DNA of 64,000 nt from Dimorphilus gyrociliatus. Its lineage: Eukaryota > Animalia > Annelida. Of the stretch, positions 62,244 to 64,000 are shown piece by piece. The stretch is from NCBI GenBank assembly GCA_904063045.1, contig CAJFCJ010000017.1, forward strand, positions 1 to 64,000, given 5' to 3'. Each line of letters starts with the position of its first letter. Position 1 is the stretch's first letter. Both the position numbers and the translations under genes were made by a program. The notes beneath the pieces were generated by a model. It made no database searches, was not told where the DNA came from, and saw nothing but the letters and a program-made list of their open reading frames with translations.

Positions 62244-64000
62244 ATGAAAGTCTATTCAAGTAATATATACGTTAACTAAAGATATTTTATAACCTCTTTT
62301 CGTCGTCTAACCCCTCGTGTTTCGTATTTCGTATTGTTCAATTTAGGTTTACTTTATGTTTTGGTCACGATACTACCGCCTATTCCATGTTCAATTTGCC
62401 CGCCCTGCGGTCCAAACGGATACTGCAGTATTGTTATAAAGAAATGCGTCTGCTACAACGGTTTCGATGAGCCATTTTGCCAAAAAAGTAGAAATTCAAT
62501 ACTTGTTTATTCAATTAAAGTTTTAATTAACAAGAACAAAAAAACGCTTTTAAAGGTAAAATACTGGAATTTGTCAAAGACGGGATTTTTGGTGGGGAAA
62601 ACCCTATTAAAGGTTCGGACGAACTTGGTTCGTGTTTAGAAGACTTTACTCAAGATAGTTCCTATATATATATGCTATACGATAAAAGTAGTAATTCTCC
62701 TTCTCCTTGTACATTTTATAAAAAGATAAGCCTGTGGAACTTTGACACAAACGTTACGTATAATTCTTACTACAAGCACGGTAATTGCAATAGTTTCCTT
62801 ATCGACTCTATTTATGTAATAAACTTATCTCTGTTCTCTTTCTTTTCCATATAACAACAACCTTTAAACAAAGGGTTGAAAACGAGAATTTCTTGTCCGA
62901 AGAATTCTCCCAACTTGAATAGATTTTGCCTTTTGGAATATTGGATTACCGAATGCGATAGAGATGGCCTTCTTAATCCGTTAGCAGATGCTTTCGCTAT
63001 TGTTACCGAAGCGACAATATTCACTTACATCTCTCTTCATAAGTTTATGAAAAATCTAACGAGCTCGGAAAACATGGCATATCATTCGGCGGAGAATTTA
63101 TATTGTTACGGAAAAGGTTCAAAAGGTCATAAGAATTTGGCATTGAACTACAAAGTTATTAAAAGCGAAATGAATATAACCGATAGAGAGATTCAAGCTA
63201 GAAATTTAGTAGACGGATGTACAACCAGTAAATTAAGTAGTAGTTGTTGTACCATTTTAAAAGGTCCTATAAACAAATGGATAGACATTATTCTATTAAA
63301 AGTTGATTATCAAATAGGATATTTTCGATTAAGGTACAACACAGTTCATAGAACTACTACGTCGGCTGGTTTGGCTATTCTTTCGTCGGCTGACCAGTCG
63401 GTTTGGACAGTGTTGTACGAATACGATAGCGATAAGATTATCGATATCGATTTGAATATAACTAAACGCATGCCGTTCAATCATAATTCAATACGATTGA
63501 GAATGAATGAAAAGTCGAATCAAGATTTTTCCTTTATCTTTATATGCGAATTGGAAATATTCTCTGAGAATATAGCCCTAAACATGCCCGTCTATCATTC
63601 GCACGCCTATAAGACTTTCGGAGCGAACGACGGTGATTATACAACGTACGACGAAATTGTTGAAATAACAACGGCAACCGGCCAATTGGTTCGACCTAAA
63701 ATATGCGTAAATCTCGAGAGAGTCTACCATATTTTTACAGTTACGGCTTATATTTTTAATGAAAGTTTGTTAACTTTTAGTAGAAATAAATATCAAATGC
63801 AGTAATGATAATTAATCCAAAAAAAAATCTCTTTTTCCCTCCCATATTCCACTATTGTTTTAGACGATTCGATGGAAATTTTAACGTCGATAGGCCATCC
63901 ATTCGATAAGAATTTAACGTATTACAATCACGGTTCAACGAAATCTGGAAAGAGGCACTACTGCAATAAAGAATTGGCTCAATTCGTTTGTTTAACGTCT
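62244..64000 (+). CDS. Secreted EGF + F-type-lectin-like domain protein; partial, runs off the right edge
   Basis: MKVYS|SLLYVLVTILPPIPCS, then EGF CPPCGPNGYC...CVCYNGFDEPFC. FTP-like KNLALNYKV...NLVDG...CCT...KWIDI...ICELEIFSENIALNMPVY. The frame stays open into the last exon (about 63863-64000). Confidence 0.82.

Noticed and set aside
1-64000. CRISPR arrays, transposons, tRNA/rRNA genes, alternative genetic code
   Set aside because: No regularly spaced repeats, RT/transposase motifs, terminal repeats or cloverleafs were seen. Apparent in-frame stops all resolved as short GT-AG introns under the standard code.

Overview
This is AT-rich, gene-dense eukaryotic (animal) DNA with very short GT-AG introns (mostly about 50-80 nt) and abundant (GA)n/(TC)n microsatellites. 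It is typical of a compact-genome invertebrate, most likely a lophotrochozoan (inferred from the GRL101-like receptors, multi-F-lectin genes and DUF19-like protein); a miniature annelid such as Dimorphilus is only a guess. Joining exons by hand gave about 17 protein-coding genes: two tandem SRCR/C-type-lectin/LDLa/LRR receptors of the GRL101-like GPCR type, a CAP-EGF-ShK-EGF GPI protein, a Cys-rich helical-repeat GPI protein, a stand-alone NEURL4-type ADP-ribosyltransferase, two tandem divergent ETS factors, a plasmolipin/CMTM-type MARVEL protein, a highly divergent WASP-like protein, three tandem LamG-like secreted proteins (one with a collagen tail), a SEC14/GOLD lipid-transfer protein, three tandem 5x F-lectin + PAN genes, and a divergently transcribed EGF + F-lectin gene running off the right edge. 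I found no CRISPR array, rRNA, tRNA or recognisable transposon. Many ORF-track entries are antisense shadows or microsatellite artefacts, and the track also uses non-ATG starts. The most striking items are the WASP-like gene, the GPCR that has lost its class-A disulfide and activation motifs, the free-standing ADP-ribosyltransferase, the LamG-collagen fusion and the F-lectin/PAN array. All gene models are manual splice predictions and all domain calls are by eye; none was confirmed by a database search.
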